From: Carcharhinus amblyrhynchos
Lineage: Eukaryota
Direction of reading: 5' to 3'
NCBI GenBank assembly: GCA_965287045.1
Contig: OZ336881.1
Coordinates: 43,462,001-43,526,000, forward strand
Length of the DNA: 64,000 nucleotides
Part shown: piece by piece, positions 11,361 to 24,572 of the stretch
How the letters are laid out: every line of letters starts with the position of its first letter
Numbering within the stretch: the stretch's first letter is position 1
The notes under the pieces: generated by a model
Told to the model about the DNA's origin: nothing
Seen by the model: only the letters and a program-made list of their open reading frames with translations
Databases searched by the model: none
Position numbers and translations under genes: made by a program

Positions 11361-11599
11361 CTTAGTGTGGACTTAATGGGCTGAATAGCTTCCTTTTATA
11401 GTGCTGTAAATATTCAATGAAATCAAGTAAAACCCATTCCTGAGGGAGCAATTGTTGTCAGCTGGACACTCAAGTGTTTCCTTGTAGGAAATGAAACCAG
11501 CTTTATTCCATTTTTTGAGTAAAGGTTTTGGGTTTCCAAGCCCTGAGCTGGGTACCTCAGCCTTTCTTCTGTAGGTAGTGCTGTTTGCTGCCGTTATAA

Positions 11600-13110
11600 A
11601 AGTCAGTATATAAATAAATAATTACAACTAATTAATTAAATCTAACAAAAAAATAAAGTGAAAGGTACCATCATTAAAGGAACCCAAACAGCATTAAATT
11701 AATATCTGGTATACATAAATAATAAAAAGTAAATAATCAAAGTAATAAATTACTAATTACTTAGAAATCAAACTAATCCATCAACTAATTAATACCAGAC
11801 CTCAAATGATCCTATAAGCTCAAGAGAGAAATTATTATTAATAATATATTAAAATAAATGACTAGAGATGACATTGCAGACTATGTGTTAGCACTGTGTC
11901 AAGAGGGAATTTATGGACAGTGGGACTGTCACATCACAAGAAATGTCTCAGCCTTGAGCTTGCCACTGCAGCTCAGAGTCACTGAGCTAGAGCCCGAGTT
12001 AGGCATACTCTGACATATACCGGAGGGAGAAGATTTTCCGGATGGTTTGCTACAGAATATAGTCACACACCAGAAGAAAGCACAGCTATAGGAAGGGGAG
12101 AGTGTGATTGTTATCCAACATGAGAATGCAGGGGAGGTAAATAAAGAGGTCCCACAGACATGAGTCCTGTCAGACTGGTACAATGTACTTGACACCTGTC
12201 AGGATAAGGAGAAAGACATTACGCTGCCCAACGTGCTATGGAGCAGAGGGTGATCTAAAGGACAAGGAGAAGATTCAAACTTAATAGCTGCACTAGATAT
12301 AAGATTTACGGAGGTAGAGATCATCCTCTGCAAATATGATCAGAGTCCCAAAGTGCATTGCCAAACCGGTGTCGCAGAATGGAATTTCTCAATGCATTGA
12401 GGGGAAAATTGCCCATGCTGTGGTCTGTGGTGAGGACAATCACATAGGAAGGAAAAGAGAACAGTTCCCGCTAAGGTAATATCAGGATATAGGAGCTAAA
12501 TTAACGGACAGGGCAATGAAGATAATAGTCTCTACGTTATTTTCTCAGCCATATGCAAATTGGCATACAGACAAGCAGATTAGAAAAGTTCACATGTGGC
12601 AAAAGGATTGATGTGGAAACAAAGGTTCCATTTAATGGGACACTCGCACTGATAAAAGCTGCATTACTGGGACAAACTTCACCTGAACTGAGCCACAAGT
12701 AAAGTTCAAATTGAGAGCTTCAATGAGCAGCTAGAAAGAATTTTGGATCAATTGGTTTGGTGTTGGGAGACTGAGGTGGGTGGGGGTGAGGGGAGCGGAG
12801 TTGGGGGAGTTAGCGGGGTTGGGGGAATGGTGATTTGGGGGTGGTGGAATGGAATGCAGGTTGAAAGGTAATACAAATAGGCAACAATATCAAAACTAAA
12901 AATCAAAATGCAATAGGAATTATAAACAAAGGCAAGGATTCAATCATTTATAATCTGTATTAAAACTCACATCAAGACCTAATGTTAGACAGAGTCAGGT
13001 TAACATAAAGGCTTTATGCACTGAAGCTTGGAGCATAAGGCATAAAACATGTGAATCAGAAGCACAAATTTACCGAAACGAGAATGACTTAGTGACCATC
13101 CTTGAGATCT
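11600..13110 (+). pseudogene. 5' part of a CR1 LINE: AT-rich leader, decayed ORF1 (Cys/leucine-zipper plus SGNH esterase) and start of ORF2 endonuclease
   Basis: Peptides LQLRVTELEPELGIL.HIPEGEDF, YQDIGAKLTDRAMKIIVSTL..QPYANWHTDKQIRKVHMWQKD, then LCTEAWSIRHK..E.EAQI..NDLVTILE. Confidence 0.75.
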
Positions 13111-13700
13111 CAGCGGGCATATTTAATTGGCCATCGAGGTTAAGGACACTTTGGAAATAGTTGTCAAAATCTTGAGCCTGTGTTCGCTGTCAGCGAGGTT
13201 GCTGGCAAGAACTTAACATCCGGAAGTCACAGTTCTTGCCGATGATGTATTCAGGTTCATGCCCATGCATTAGCATGAGTTTCAACACTATTAAACCATG
13301 CTGTATCTTGACCCTCTGCCATGTATAGACCATCATCGGCGAGGTTCACAGCATGTTCACATAGAGATGAATCTGTTGTGGAGTGTCCCCGCGGGGTGCA
13401 AAGGTAGGTATAGAGCCCAAGGGGCAAAGGACACGGCCAAGTGGTGCATTGACAATGGCCCTTGGCATTTTCCCTCAGAACAGGTTGGCACTGTCCAGTT
13501 GGGTGGGCCCTAGTGGGAGCCTCATGGATGGTGTTTTGGGCTGAAAGTGGTCTGACAGACAGAAGATACCAGATGCCAGTGATGGTTGTTCAGGAGTGGT
13601 GGTAGGATGGAGGGGGTTGCTGGCAAAGACTAGAGGTTTAGAGTCTAGAGAGAAACTCACCGGTTTTCTCTCCAGAAACAATACTCTGCCATTTTTTGGC
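13110..13700. mobile_element. Harbinger-type non-autonomous element fragment
   Basis: Shares GC-rich body motifs (ttggcactgtcc) and a terminal-region style (gagaaactcaccggttttctc..) with related elements. Confidence 0.35.
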
Positions 13701-13744
13701 TGGATTTTGCCTGATATTCCTGGCTGGTATGTCAGTGTCTAAGC

Positions 13745-14073
13745 TGTACTGTAATTTTCAAAATGAAACTGCGAGAGGAAGTAGGTGTGACTCACATTGA
13801 ATTAATATGGTGAATGTTACATGTATCACAATTGTATTGAAGCACCTCAGAGTGCACCTTGACCTACATGGATAAGTTAAACATCATTACACCATTTGTA
13901 GAGACCATTTGGAAATGACTAATTTTTTTTGACTCTTTTGAAGCACATCAAAGTGCAACACAATTAAAGTAGAAAATCTGAATGTTGTTGTACTGTCTGT
14001 GATGGCTAGTTTGAAATGTTGGTAACGTTCTTTCAGATATTTTATGAATAAAGTTTATTTTCTGCAAAAAAAA
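13745..14073 (+). mobile_element. Probable L1/Tx1-type LINE 3' UTR
   Basis: Ends in ttttatgaataaagtttattttctgc followed by an A-run (polyA signal plus tail). Confidence 0.35.
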
Positions 14074-14370
14074 TTACATCATATGAAAGAATAAATTGAA
14101 AAATGTCTGTAGCTATATCCTTGTCCCCAGTGCAACATGTGAAGTTTGAGAAGATTTCAAATGAATCAGACGTTGTGCACACAGCTACTGATGAAACCAC
14201 ACAGGTTCTCTGGCAGGAGATCACTGAAGCCTCCAAAGAAGCAGTGGTCAGGAATTTCCAAGGAGCTACTCCTGCTTTGCTGCTAATGAGATTCCAGCAA
14301 CACTTCTGGCTGGCGAAGTTACAACTGGGAGTGGAAAAAACTCTGGGAAGTCTGTGGCCAGAATAAACCC

Positions 14371-14470
14371 TGTAACAAAGGGTCGTTTGGACTCAAAACG
14401 TCAGCTCTTTTCTCTCCTTGCAGATGCTGCCGGACCTGCTGAGACTTTCCAGCATTTTCTCTTTCGGTTT
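14371..14470 (+). mobile_element. Second Penelope-type terminal repeat family with a decayed hammerhead motif
   Basis: aaagggtcgtttggactcaaaacgtcagctc..cagatgctgccggacctgctgag; related copies at 24795-24897, 26867-26935 and 62521-62620. Confidence 0.6.
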
Positions 14471-14770
14471 AATGTTCTGGGGACCTGGGTTTGAATCTCA
14501 CCATGGCAGATGGTGGAATTTGAATTCAATAAAAAAATTTGGAATTAAGAATCTGCTGATAACCATGAAACCATTGTCAATTGTTCAAAAAACCCATCTG
14601 GTTCACTAATGTCCTTTAGGGAAGGAAATCTGTGGTCCTTACCTGGTCTGGCCTACTCTAGAGCCACAGCAATGTGGTTGACTCTCAACTGCTCCTGGGC
14701 AACTATAGGAATGGGCAATAAATGTGGGCCCGCAAATGACACACGTGTCATATGAATGGATAATAAAAAG
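14470..14770 (+). mobile_element. tRNA-derived SINE with L2/Crack-type tail
   Basis: B-box-like ggtttgaatct, body aaaacccatctggttcactaatg, tail ggaatgggcaataaatg shared with the LINE ends at 42940-43000. Confidence 0.8.
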
Positions 14771-15969
14771 AAGAAAGGTAAATCTTCCCTATTACCTGAT
14801 AAAATTGTCTTACTTTAATTGCTCATGTTTTAGTAATAACTCCATTCTTGATGTACAAGTGGATTTTATTTTAACTGATTTCTTTGTGTCCCAGTATGTT
14901 AACTGTAAAAAGAGAAAATCATCTGGGTTTTTGTGCCAGGTTTTACTGGATGATGGTGACAGCACCAGTGATAAAACAACCATAAAATGGTTGCTGTAAC
15001 TGATAAATTAAGTGTGCACTCAAAGCCCAAGATTAAAATGATTAGTTGTGAGAGTAATGACAATTCATTTATTAATTGCTCGACAGCTGAGTTTAAAATG
15101 CGACTAATGCATAGCAATCAGAGGAAATTTTCCCTCAAGTTGTTCTAAGCTATGATTATCTCCTGTTTACTAGCAGACTGATTCCTAGTCTTGAAATTGT
15201 CTCAAAATGAATTATTTCAGGCCTACTGCAATTCAGTTTAATCATTTCCGATTTGGCCCTCATTACACAAAAGGGTTGACATTTCCAATGGCCTACTATT
15301 TCCATGGAAACAAACAGGAAACTGGGTCTTGAAAAATATGTGTAAATTCTTCTCCAATAAACATGGCAAGTGAAACACAAATGGCTATAGCTCGTGACTG
15401 GAGTCACAATGACAAATTTAGGTAAGATTTATTTCTAATTAAAATGTTTGACAATGTCGTGGGGCAATATTCCTATTGTAACTCCCAGGCCTCAGATGCA
15501 TGCCATTGTTTCCCACTTAGAAATGGTAAGATGCTGCAGCTGGCCAAGTGGTAGCTCGGAGATCATCTCCAAAACTGCCGCCATGGACCAAAGTAAAGGT
15601 GCCTGAATTGTGGTTGGTTCAGGAATAATGGATGTTAGTTGGTTCATTGATGTACCTAATTGATATCCCACTGTTGATGGGAATCCCATGTCAGTCCCTT
15701 CTGTCCTCCAACTTCATTGGGGGGAGTTATTCTGTTGCCAGGAGATGGATAGCTTAGGGGTGGAAGGGGAAAACGAGATGCTGGGGCTTGAGGCAGCCCT
15801 CCTGCAATTACATCCATCTTCATATTTCTTCCATTCTACCCCTCGAGGAATAATGCTCAGTCCTTGGTTTGACCTTTTATGGCCTTCCTACACTGTGACT
15901 TATTTATTACATCTGGCCTCACCTCACTAAATGTTTCCTTGGTCTACTTTAGAAGAATCAAAGGTATGG

Positions 15970-16259
15970 GTTGAGAGGCAGTAGATTTAACACTGAGATG
16001 AAAAGGAACTACTTCTCGCAGAGGATGTTGAATTTGTGGAACTTGCTGACCCATAACGCGATGGAGTCTGAATTGTTGAACGGTTTCAAGAAGGAGATAG
16101 ATATATTTCTAATAAAAAAAGGGATAAGGGGATATGGGGAATGTGTGGGCCAGTGGATTTGAGACAAGGGAGAGAACAGCTATGATCTGATTGTATGGTG
16201 GAGCAGACTCGAAGGGTTGAAATTCCCTACTTCTGCTCTTAATTCCTATGTTCCTATGT
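15970..16259 (+). mobile_element. CR1 3' end
   Basis: RFNTEMKRNYFSQRMLNLWNLL peptide and ttcctatgttcctatg tail. Confidence 0.85.
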
Positions 16260-16349
16260 ACTTGTGTTAAGCTATGACTATCCAGATCAGTGGAATCAGT
16301 GTTGTATCTAGGTTGCTTTATATCATGCAGATAGTTACTGAGTGTCAGA

Positions 16350-18300
16350 GAATCATAGAATCATATAGTGCAGAAGAAACCATTTGGCTTACTGAGTTTG
16401 CCCTGTCACATGAGAAACGCCTGACCTCCTACCTAATCCCATTTACTGGCACTTGGCCCGTAGCCTTGAATGTTATGTTGTGCCAAGTGCTTATCCAGGT
16501 ACTTTTTTAAAGGCAGTGAGGCAGCTCACCTCTACCACCTTCCCAGGCAGCACATTCTAGACCGTCACCACCACCTGGGTAAAAAGCTTTTCCTCGCATT
16601 CATAAGAACATAAGAAATAGGAGCAGGAGTAGGCCATCTAGCCCTTCGAGCCTGCCCCGCCATTCAATAAGATCATGGCTGATCTGTCGTGGCTCAGTTC
16701 CACATTCCCGCTTTCTCCCCATAACCCTTAATCCCCTTGTCTATCAGAAATCTATGTACTCTTGACTTAAATATATTCAATGAGGTGGCCTCCACCACTT
16801 CAACAGGCAGAGAATTCCAGAGATTCACCACCCTTTGAGTGAAGAAGTTCCTCCTCAACTCCGTTCTAAACTGCCCCCCCCCCCCTTATTTTGAGGCTGT
16901 GCCCTGTAGTTCTGGTTTCCTTTCTAAGCAGAAAGTATCTCTCTACCTCTACCCTATCTAGCCCCTTCATTATCTTGTAAGTCTCTATAAGATCCCCCCT
17001 CAGCCTTATAAACTCTAACGAGTACAGACCCAGTCTATTCAATCGCTCCTCATAAGCTAACCCCCTCATCTCCAGTATCAGCCTGGTGAACCTTCTCCGT
17101 ACTCCCTCCAAGGCCAATATATCCTTCCGCAAATGCAGGGACCAAAACTGCACACAGTACTCCAGTTGCGGCCTCACCAGTGCCCTGTACAGTTGCAGCA
17201 AGACCTCCCTCCTTTTATATTCTATCCCCCTCGCGATAAAGGCCAGCATCCCATTCGCCTTCCTGATCACCTGCTGCACCTGCAGACTGGGTTTTTGTGA
17301 TTCGTGCACAAGGACCCCCAGGTCCCTTTGCACAGTAGCATGCTGCAGCTTTTCTCCCTTTAGATAATAATCCCTCCTACTATTATTTCTACCAAAGTGG
17401 ATAACCTCACATTTGCTAACGTTATACTCAATCTGCCTCACCCACTCACTCAGCCTATCCAGATCTCTCTGCAGACTTTCCACACCCTCCACGCAATTTG
17501 CTTTTCCACTCATCTTCGTGTCATCAGCAAATTTTGTTACCCTACACTCAGCCCCCTCCTCCAGGTTGTCTATGTAAATGGTAAACAGTTGAGGCCTCAG
17601 CACCAATCCCTGCGGCACTCCACTAGTCACCAACCGCCAACTAGAAAAGCATCCATTGATTCCAACTCTGCTTCCTGTTAGATAACCAATCGTCAATCCA
17701 CGCTAACACTTTACCCCCAACTCCGTGTACCCTAATCTTCTGCAGCAACCTTTTGTGAGGCACCTTATCGAACGCCTTCTGGAAATCTAAAAGCACCACA
17801 TCCACTGGTTCCCCTCTGTCTACCGCACTAGTCACATCTTCATAGAAATCCAGTAGATTCCCCCAAAACCTCCTACCACCTCACCCTGAACCTATGTACC
17901 CTCAACTGACCCTTCAATTAAGGGAAACATCTATTCTCCACCCACACTGTCCATTTCCCCCATAGTTTTGTACATCTTGATCAAATCTCCCCTCAGTCTT
18001 CTCTGCTCCAAAGAAAACAACCTCTCTTCCTAAATGTTCCATCCCAGGCAGCATCCTGGTGAAACTCCTCTGCACTCTCTCCAATACAATCTCATCCTCC
18101 CTATAATGTGGCGACCAGAACTGAGCACAGTAATCTAGCTGTAGCCTCACCAAAGTTCTGTAGAACTCCAACATGACCCCCATGCTTTTGTAATCTATGC
18201 CTCAATTCTCAAGGCAAGTGTTTCATGTGCCTTTTTCACCACATTACTAATATGTCCTTCCATCTTCAGAGACCTATAGACAAACATGCAGAGGTCCCTT
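16350..18300 (-). mobile_element. Older CR1 3' portion split by the 16601-17858 insertion
   Basis: Tail at 16350 (aatcatagaatcat); body resumes at about 17860 with YRTLVRLQLDYCAQFWSPHY. Confidence 0.8.
16601..17858 (-). mobile_element. Fairly young 5'-truncated CR1 (RT domain)
   Basis: ORFs 16866-17696 and 17641-17835 with [21 protein letters not shown]; tail ttcttatgttcttatg. Confidence 0.95.
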
Positions 18301-19548
18301 TGTTTCACAGTCAACCCCTAGAGAATTAATACTCTCAGACCAGCTATTGAAGTCATTAAACTGACTTAAATAAATAATGGAGTGCTTGCAGGAAGTCACA
18401 AGTACGTTTCCATGGTTTGTTGTCCCATATGATTGAATAATATTGGAGAGCACATCTAATATTGCCCAGTAGATAATTCTAAAAAAATGATCTCACCCAG
18501 TTATCATCCAACCAATTGAGTGGCATGGTTTTCTTAGTTACTATATGCTAGACATGGATACTATGTGTTAAATATTTCAGTCTTACCAGATTACAAGTTG
18601 CAAAATTTTCTGCCTGAAACGTGTGAGAAAAATAATTCAAATATTTTCGCACAGTTTGGAAAGTGCTTTATTATGGAACAATTGTACCTCTGCCCCCATG
18701 GAATAACTCTCCTCCCCCGCATGGAAATCATTCCTGAAAGTTAACTTCTGAAATGTCTCCAAAGGATGATGTTTATGTATATGGTTACGACTGAAAGAGC
18801 AGAATTCTCTTTCAGAATTAATGAAGCTTCTGGATGTTTTGTGAGGAAAGGAGGAGTGTGAATCACCATTATTCTGAGAGAAGGTTACTCGTGGCAATGC
18901 TTCTCAAACAGTGGTGAAGATATGAAGAAAAAATGAGGAATATTTTTATCCTCAGACCCAGCTTGGTAATCAGGCAAGTGTCTGTCCATTGTAAAACCCA
19001 ACATTGATGTCAATGCAATGTGAATTGCTTACCTTCTTTATGGGCTGTCTGAGGTTCTTAGTTGATTTTTATAATGAATAACAAACACAGGCTTAGAAGT
19101 TAGATTTCCCTCACACAATGCACTGTTTACGAGTAGTAGAATGCTCTGTCTTGTAAGGGTAAGTATTGCTAGAGGGGAAACATTGTTTGAATACATCATA
19201 ACGCTGGGAGACCATTGTTATTGCTTTGCAGGTAATCTTCCTGGCACTGGATCAGTGAATAATGATCACAGGAGTCGAATGTGGAGTATTTGGCAACCTC
19301 CATTTCCTTAGCCCTGGACTCAGAAAGCAAATAGTGAGCTTGCTAACTCCAACAGCTCTTTCTCAAGTGTTTTCTGGCAGTGCTGTCTGGAGAACAATCT
19401 TTGATGATTTGTGAGTTTATTCCCTTTCATCCTGTTCCATATCACCAAAACCATATTTGTTTGTTACTTACCTCACATGCATGCAATCCTGATCAACTGT
19501 CCTGTTGGCTAATTGTTTTGTGTATTTGATGATGATTGTTTCACACGA

Positions 19549-20632
19549 GGGCGATTCTCCTAACTTGCTGCACTAATTTTTTAGCACAGCGGGCTGAGCG
19601 GGCAACAAACCACTGTATGCAATGCATGGGATTTGTACATGTGTTTTTTCCCACTATAACGTCTCCCAGTTCTGGATTTCTGGCAGTGTCTGCTCTGCAC
19701 CGGAAATCAATGTGGCAGTGGGTAAATATTTAAATCATAATTTTAGTATCATTTAAATGCCAATAGCTGAATTTTCCGGGCTCACTAGAATCACATCTCC
19801 GCCAGGAGTATTTCACTCCAGTGGTGTTTAGAGTAGATCCCCACTTTGGGGGAACTTATGGCTGGAGTGAAGTGGGGGGCAATCAGAGCCCCCAGGGGGT
19901 TGGACAGCAGGGGTAGTGCCTGCTGGCACTGTCCAAGGGGCAAAGTGCCAATGCTCAGGGGGCACTATGGCACTGCCCATCGAGCATGAGGCAGTGCCAA
20001 GTGGGTGGGGCATATGGGGTGGGGCCTGATAGGTGCAGGGCCTGCTGGGGCAAGGCCTATGGGATGATCAGTGGCAGTGGAAGGAAGGTCCTGCTGCCAT
20101 TCTGCATAGGAATCAGTGGGGAAAGGAGGCAGGGCAGTGATCAGGGTGGACTTGTGGGGGGTAGCTGGGGAGGGGTGGGGTCAGCCTGCTGGTGGGGTCA
20201 GGCATGTTACTATCGGGGAGGGGGGGAATGGGTGGGCGTGGCCGGAGATCGTGGTGGGCCAGGGGGGGTTCGAGGCTGACCTGGGAATGGTTGTGGGGGG
20301 GCGGGGAGCAACGATCAGGCTATTGGTGGGGGGGGGGGCGGGTGGTCAGACAGCCAACATTGCAGGGATTGCAGTCTGCCAGGAATCGGGAGGTGGGCAG
20401 TGTGGGGCCACTACACATGTGCTGATCTCGGCATTGACAGATTGTTGCACGCGCAGTGGTCCCCTCTGTGCACTGATTTCAGTCTCTCCAGAGGGGATAG
20501 ACACTGCACCCTAATGATATTCACACTGGCAGCCTCTGCAGTGCACAGAGTGTGGGAGATTCTTTCCTGAACTCCCACTGAAAGAAACCAACTTGAATTA
20601 CTCCAGTTTTCACACAAATTCAAATTCTGGCC
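19549..20632. mobile_element. Non-autonomous Harbinger-type element
   Basis: Ends gggcgattct / aaattctggcc; G-rich interior shared with related elements. Confidence 0.5.
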
Positions 20633-20805
20633 ATATTGTATTTTTCTCTTGGGTGTAAAATAGGACACTTGTGTATTTGTAGCTGAATTGTAATTATTTT
20701 ACACAGATATATGTAAATATTTCAAAAATGTTTTTGAACTCTTCACTGCCAAAATGGAAAAATAATACCTTTTTCCTTTCAGCATCTGCGATAGCAAAAC
20801 TTGTG

Positions 20806-21138
20806 CTGTGGCACAGTGGTCAGCACTGCTGCCTCACAGCACCAGGGACCCAGATTCAATTCCGGCCTTGGGTCACTGCCTATGTGGAGTTTGCACGTTC
20901 TCCCCGTGTCTGCGTGGGTTTCCTATGGGTGCTTGGGTTTCCTCCCATAGTTCAGAGATGTGGGGGTTAGGTGGACTGGCCAGGCCAAATTGCCCCTTAG
21001 TATCCTGGGATGTGTAAGTTAGGGAAATTCGCAGGGTAAATGCATTGGGTTAAAGGGAGGGGTTTGGATGGAATGCTCCTTCGGAGAATCAGTACAGACA
21101 GGAACGGCTTCCTTCTGTACTGTGAAGAGTCTATGGAT
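20806..21138 (+). mobile_element. HE1-type V-SINE
   Basis: gtggcacagtggtcagcactgctgcctcacagc head plus V-domain and tail. Confidence 0.9.
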
Positions 21139-22227
21139 CCTATGGCCCCTTCAAAATATTGCAGCCACTGTCACCAACGTGGGAATATAGAGCATGGCTC
21201 TAGATTTATTACAAAAGGGGGTAAGTTGAGTGTGGACAATGCTATTTTCATCAATGTTCACGATGAAACTTGTCTCTAAAGTTTTCCTACTTGTTTGACC
21301 CGAATTTGTGTGCCTTCTTGCAGCCTAATGTTTCTGCAGATTCAATTACTGTCTGCAACATCAAATGGTATTTTCTTCACAGAGGGGAGGCAAACCCCTG
21401 TAATAAAATTCATGGCTTCTTATTTTGCCTTATCCTCATCACCAGTGTGATGTCCTTGGGACTAAAAACAACCAGAGATAGACTAGAACTCAAATGGCAG
21501 AAGCACAATGGGTTCTTTTATTAAATTAGCTTCTTCACTCTCTGCTTCTGTTTGCAGACTCCCTTTGCTGTTGCCATTCTGTGATAGTTTCACACAAACA
21601 ATATGTACATATTGCAATTTCAAAGCACTTGATATACTGCAGTTTGCATGGTCCACTCAATCAGATTATTGCCCAAGAAGGAAGTTTAGTCCATTGTGTG
21701 GACAATAAGTTAAATTGTCTATGGATTTAGGATGTGCAACAGCAGGGACCACATCCTATCTGCTCCACCTAAGAAATTAGAGCGGGTATGGATCCACACT
21801 GAGTCACAGGTCCTGAAGTGATTTCTTTCTTTCAAAAGTCTTACAAAGCGGTTTGCTAATGATGGAATTGGAGGAATCCCTGGAAAGCCAGAACTTATGT
21901 CCATCTCCTGCCTGCACAAGAGCAGGGAATTGGGAGAAGGCAATGGAAACTCAGGGACAGTTTGTTTTTAAACTCAGAACCTTAAAGACATCATTCATAC
22001 TCTTGACAGAGGACTAGAGTTTTACATAAGATTAAAAAAAAGTTTTATACCAACTTTGAGGGGAACTGTGTTGAGAGCCCGAGGGAATGGGAAGATCCTG
22101 AATGAATACATTGCGTCAGTATTCACAAAGGAGAGGGACTTGTTGTCTGGAAGTGTCTTGGAGGGAGTTGTCGACCTGGTGGAGAAAATCTCCATTACAA
22201 GGGAGGAAGTGTTAGGGTTTTTAGGTA

Positions 22228-22490
22228 ACACCCCACACCCCAAAAACGTGCTTTTAGGCTGATTGGTGTTAATAAATTGTCCCTAAATTGTAGCTCCCTT
22301 AATCTGGCGCATATATAATTCTTTAAATTTGCACCCCTTTATTGTGGAGTCCATGAAATGTAGACAAAAGTCGTAGGTAGAAGAAGGATTGGAATGAGGC
22401 ACTCAGTGAGTGTCAAAATGGGTGGCGCGGGCTTGTAGGGCCAAAGGGCCTGTTTCCTGTGCCGTGTTGTTCTTTGTTTTTTCGTTCTTG
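22228..22490 (+). mobile_element. V-SINE 3' half (alternative tail), preceded by a short CR1 fragment at about 22080-22225
   Basis: Matches the reverse complement of 10642-10840; the upstream peptide ILNEYIASVFTKE is CR1 ORF2. Confidence 0.75.
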
Positions 22491-23725
22491 ACTTTTCCTG
22501 GGAGGATGTTTTCAGATTAGAATAATAATACATTTAACGTATTCAATACACAATGCCTGGGATTCCAGTCATTTCTGGATTTTGGAATTTTCTGGATTAC
22601 AGATTGACATTAGACTGCATAACTGCAGTTATACTGGTAAAACATAATAGATATAAATATTTACCTGAACCATAAAACCATGATAAAACATTACAAATCA
22701 ACGGTTAAAATAGTTTTGTTTTTCCAAGTACATGTTTGTTCCATGTTTCCATTTGTAAGATACTTAAAATAAGGTCGTGAATCTGCTCAAAAAAATTTGA
22801 GTAACTGGTGTTTTCAAACAATATGTCTCTGGAGTTGAAAGATTGCAATGTATAAACTTTGAACCAGTGAAATCCAGGGTAAAGAAAATCAGGCAGGTAA
22901 TTCATTATTGCTTGTTTAGCCTGAAGCAAATTTTGTGCCCACAATCCCTCTATTTTCAGTCCAATTTGTTGTCTGCATTATTGGTTGGAAAAAAAGCTTA
23001 TTATGTTTTCTCACATGACAACAATTCCTTGACATTGTGTGAAGCAATTGGACATGTTATATGATGCTTCACAGGGTTAAGTGCTTCAATACAGAGGTGA
23101 ATCACTCAGTCACATATTTTGTGTTGCCTGAAATTCGTATTTCTGAAGAAAGATCCTCTAGAGAGCAGAAATTGCTGTGCATTCTTCCTTATATTTGTTA
23201 TTCGGATGTGGGTGTCATTGTCCATTCCTAGCTGCCTGACAAAGCATTAGTGGGCTTTCTCCTTGAGTCTTTGTTGCTAGACAGGGAATTCCAGGATATA
23301 GGCCCAACTCAGGATGTTATGTGACTTGGAAGGGAAATTGGAAATGGAACGGGTTCCATGACATGACCAGGATCAGTTTGATGGTTCTCAGTTTTATGTG
23401 CTGATGGCAGCCACCTGTACCGCTAAAGGTACAATTAGAATATTGGCCACTGGAAACAGAAAGATAAATTCGGAGGCCGGGTTCTAAGGGATTTACCTGA
23501 GAACAGGGGAAAATTTCCCCAGTTGCTCACAAGGGGTCATGTTTACGATTTTGTTTGGAGGGGTTAGTCAGAGTTTGTGGCTGAAAATTGCAATTCTGTC
23601 ACCTCCTGCACCCGAAACAATGAATTATCTCCAAAATGCCTGGAAAATTGGGAAGATATGTGCAAAGGTTCAAAGGTGTTTGTTGCATTAATGCAGAAAG
23701 AACAGCCTAATTGTGTGGATTTGCA

Positions 23726-24074
23726 ATGGCACAGTGTATCATCGCTAGACTAGTAACCCAGAGGTCCAGGAATCTCACCAGGGAAAATGGTGAAATTTGA
23801 ATCCAATAAAAATCTGGAATTGAAAGTCTAATGATGGCCATGAAACCATTGTTGATAGTTGTAAAAACCCATCTGGTTCACTAATACCCTTCCGGAAAGG
23901 GAATCTGCTGCCCTCATCTGGTCTGGCCTACATGTGACTCTAGACCCACTGCAATCTGGTTTACTCTTAAAAGCTCTGTGAAATAGCCGAGTAATCCACT
24001 GAGTTAAATTAGGAATGGGCAATAAATGCTGTCCCAGCCAGTGACATCCAAATGCCATGAGCCAATAGAAAAAG
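23726..24074 (+). mobile_element. tRNA-derived SINE with L2/Crack-type tail
   Basis: Homologous to 14470-14770. Confidence 0.85.
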
Positions 24075-24572
24075 CTTCTACATTTGCAAGGAGCGAGTTA
24101 AAATGTTAGATAAATATTAGTGTTGTTTTATCTTTTTAGCAATTATTTGAAATGTATATACTGTAGATACAGCAGATGCTGTAATGGAAAGGACTGTAGA
24201 ACAAATAGTGATGTACTGACTGTGTAGAACATCATGAAACTTTACCAGGAAACTTAGCAAAATCTGTTGGCCAAAGTGTGTAAAACAGGGTGTAAAGCAA
24301 ACTATCAACATCATAAACTGCATAATATTCCAACAACGCAGTAAAATTACTTTTAAATCCAACAACAATGCCATAAAACCCAATAGCAACGCAATAAAAC
24401 TGTTCATAAAATTAAACCATAATTTTATCATGAAGATGTATTATAAAATCCACAGCAATATGATAATATTAATATTAAACCCAATTGTAATATTCAATGT
24501 AAATGCAACACACAGTAAAACCAAATATCATTATAATAAGGCCAGGCCATGTTAACCATCAGGCTTTGTTTA

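Noticed and set aside
18637-18897. 86 aa minus-strand ORF
   Set aside because: Non-ATG start, stop just upstream, no recognisable domain or supporting splice sites.
22705-22944. 79 aa minus-strand ORF with a possible acceptor
   Set aside because: No recognisable homology and a weak pyrimidine tract; cannot be supported without expression data.
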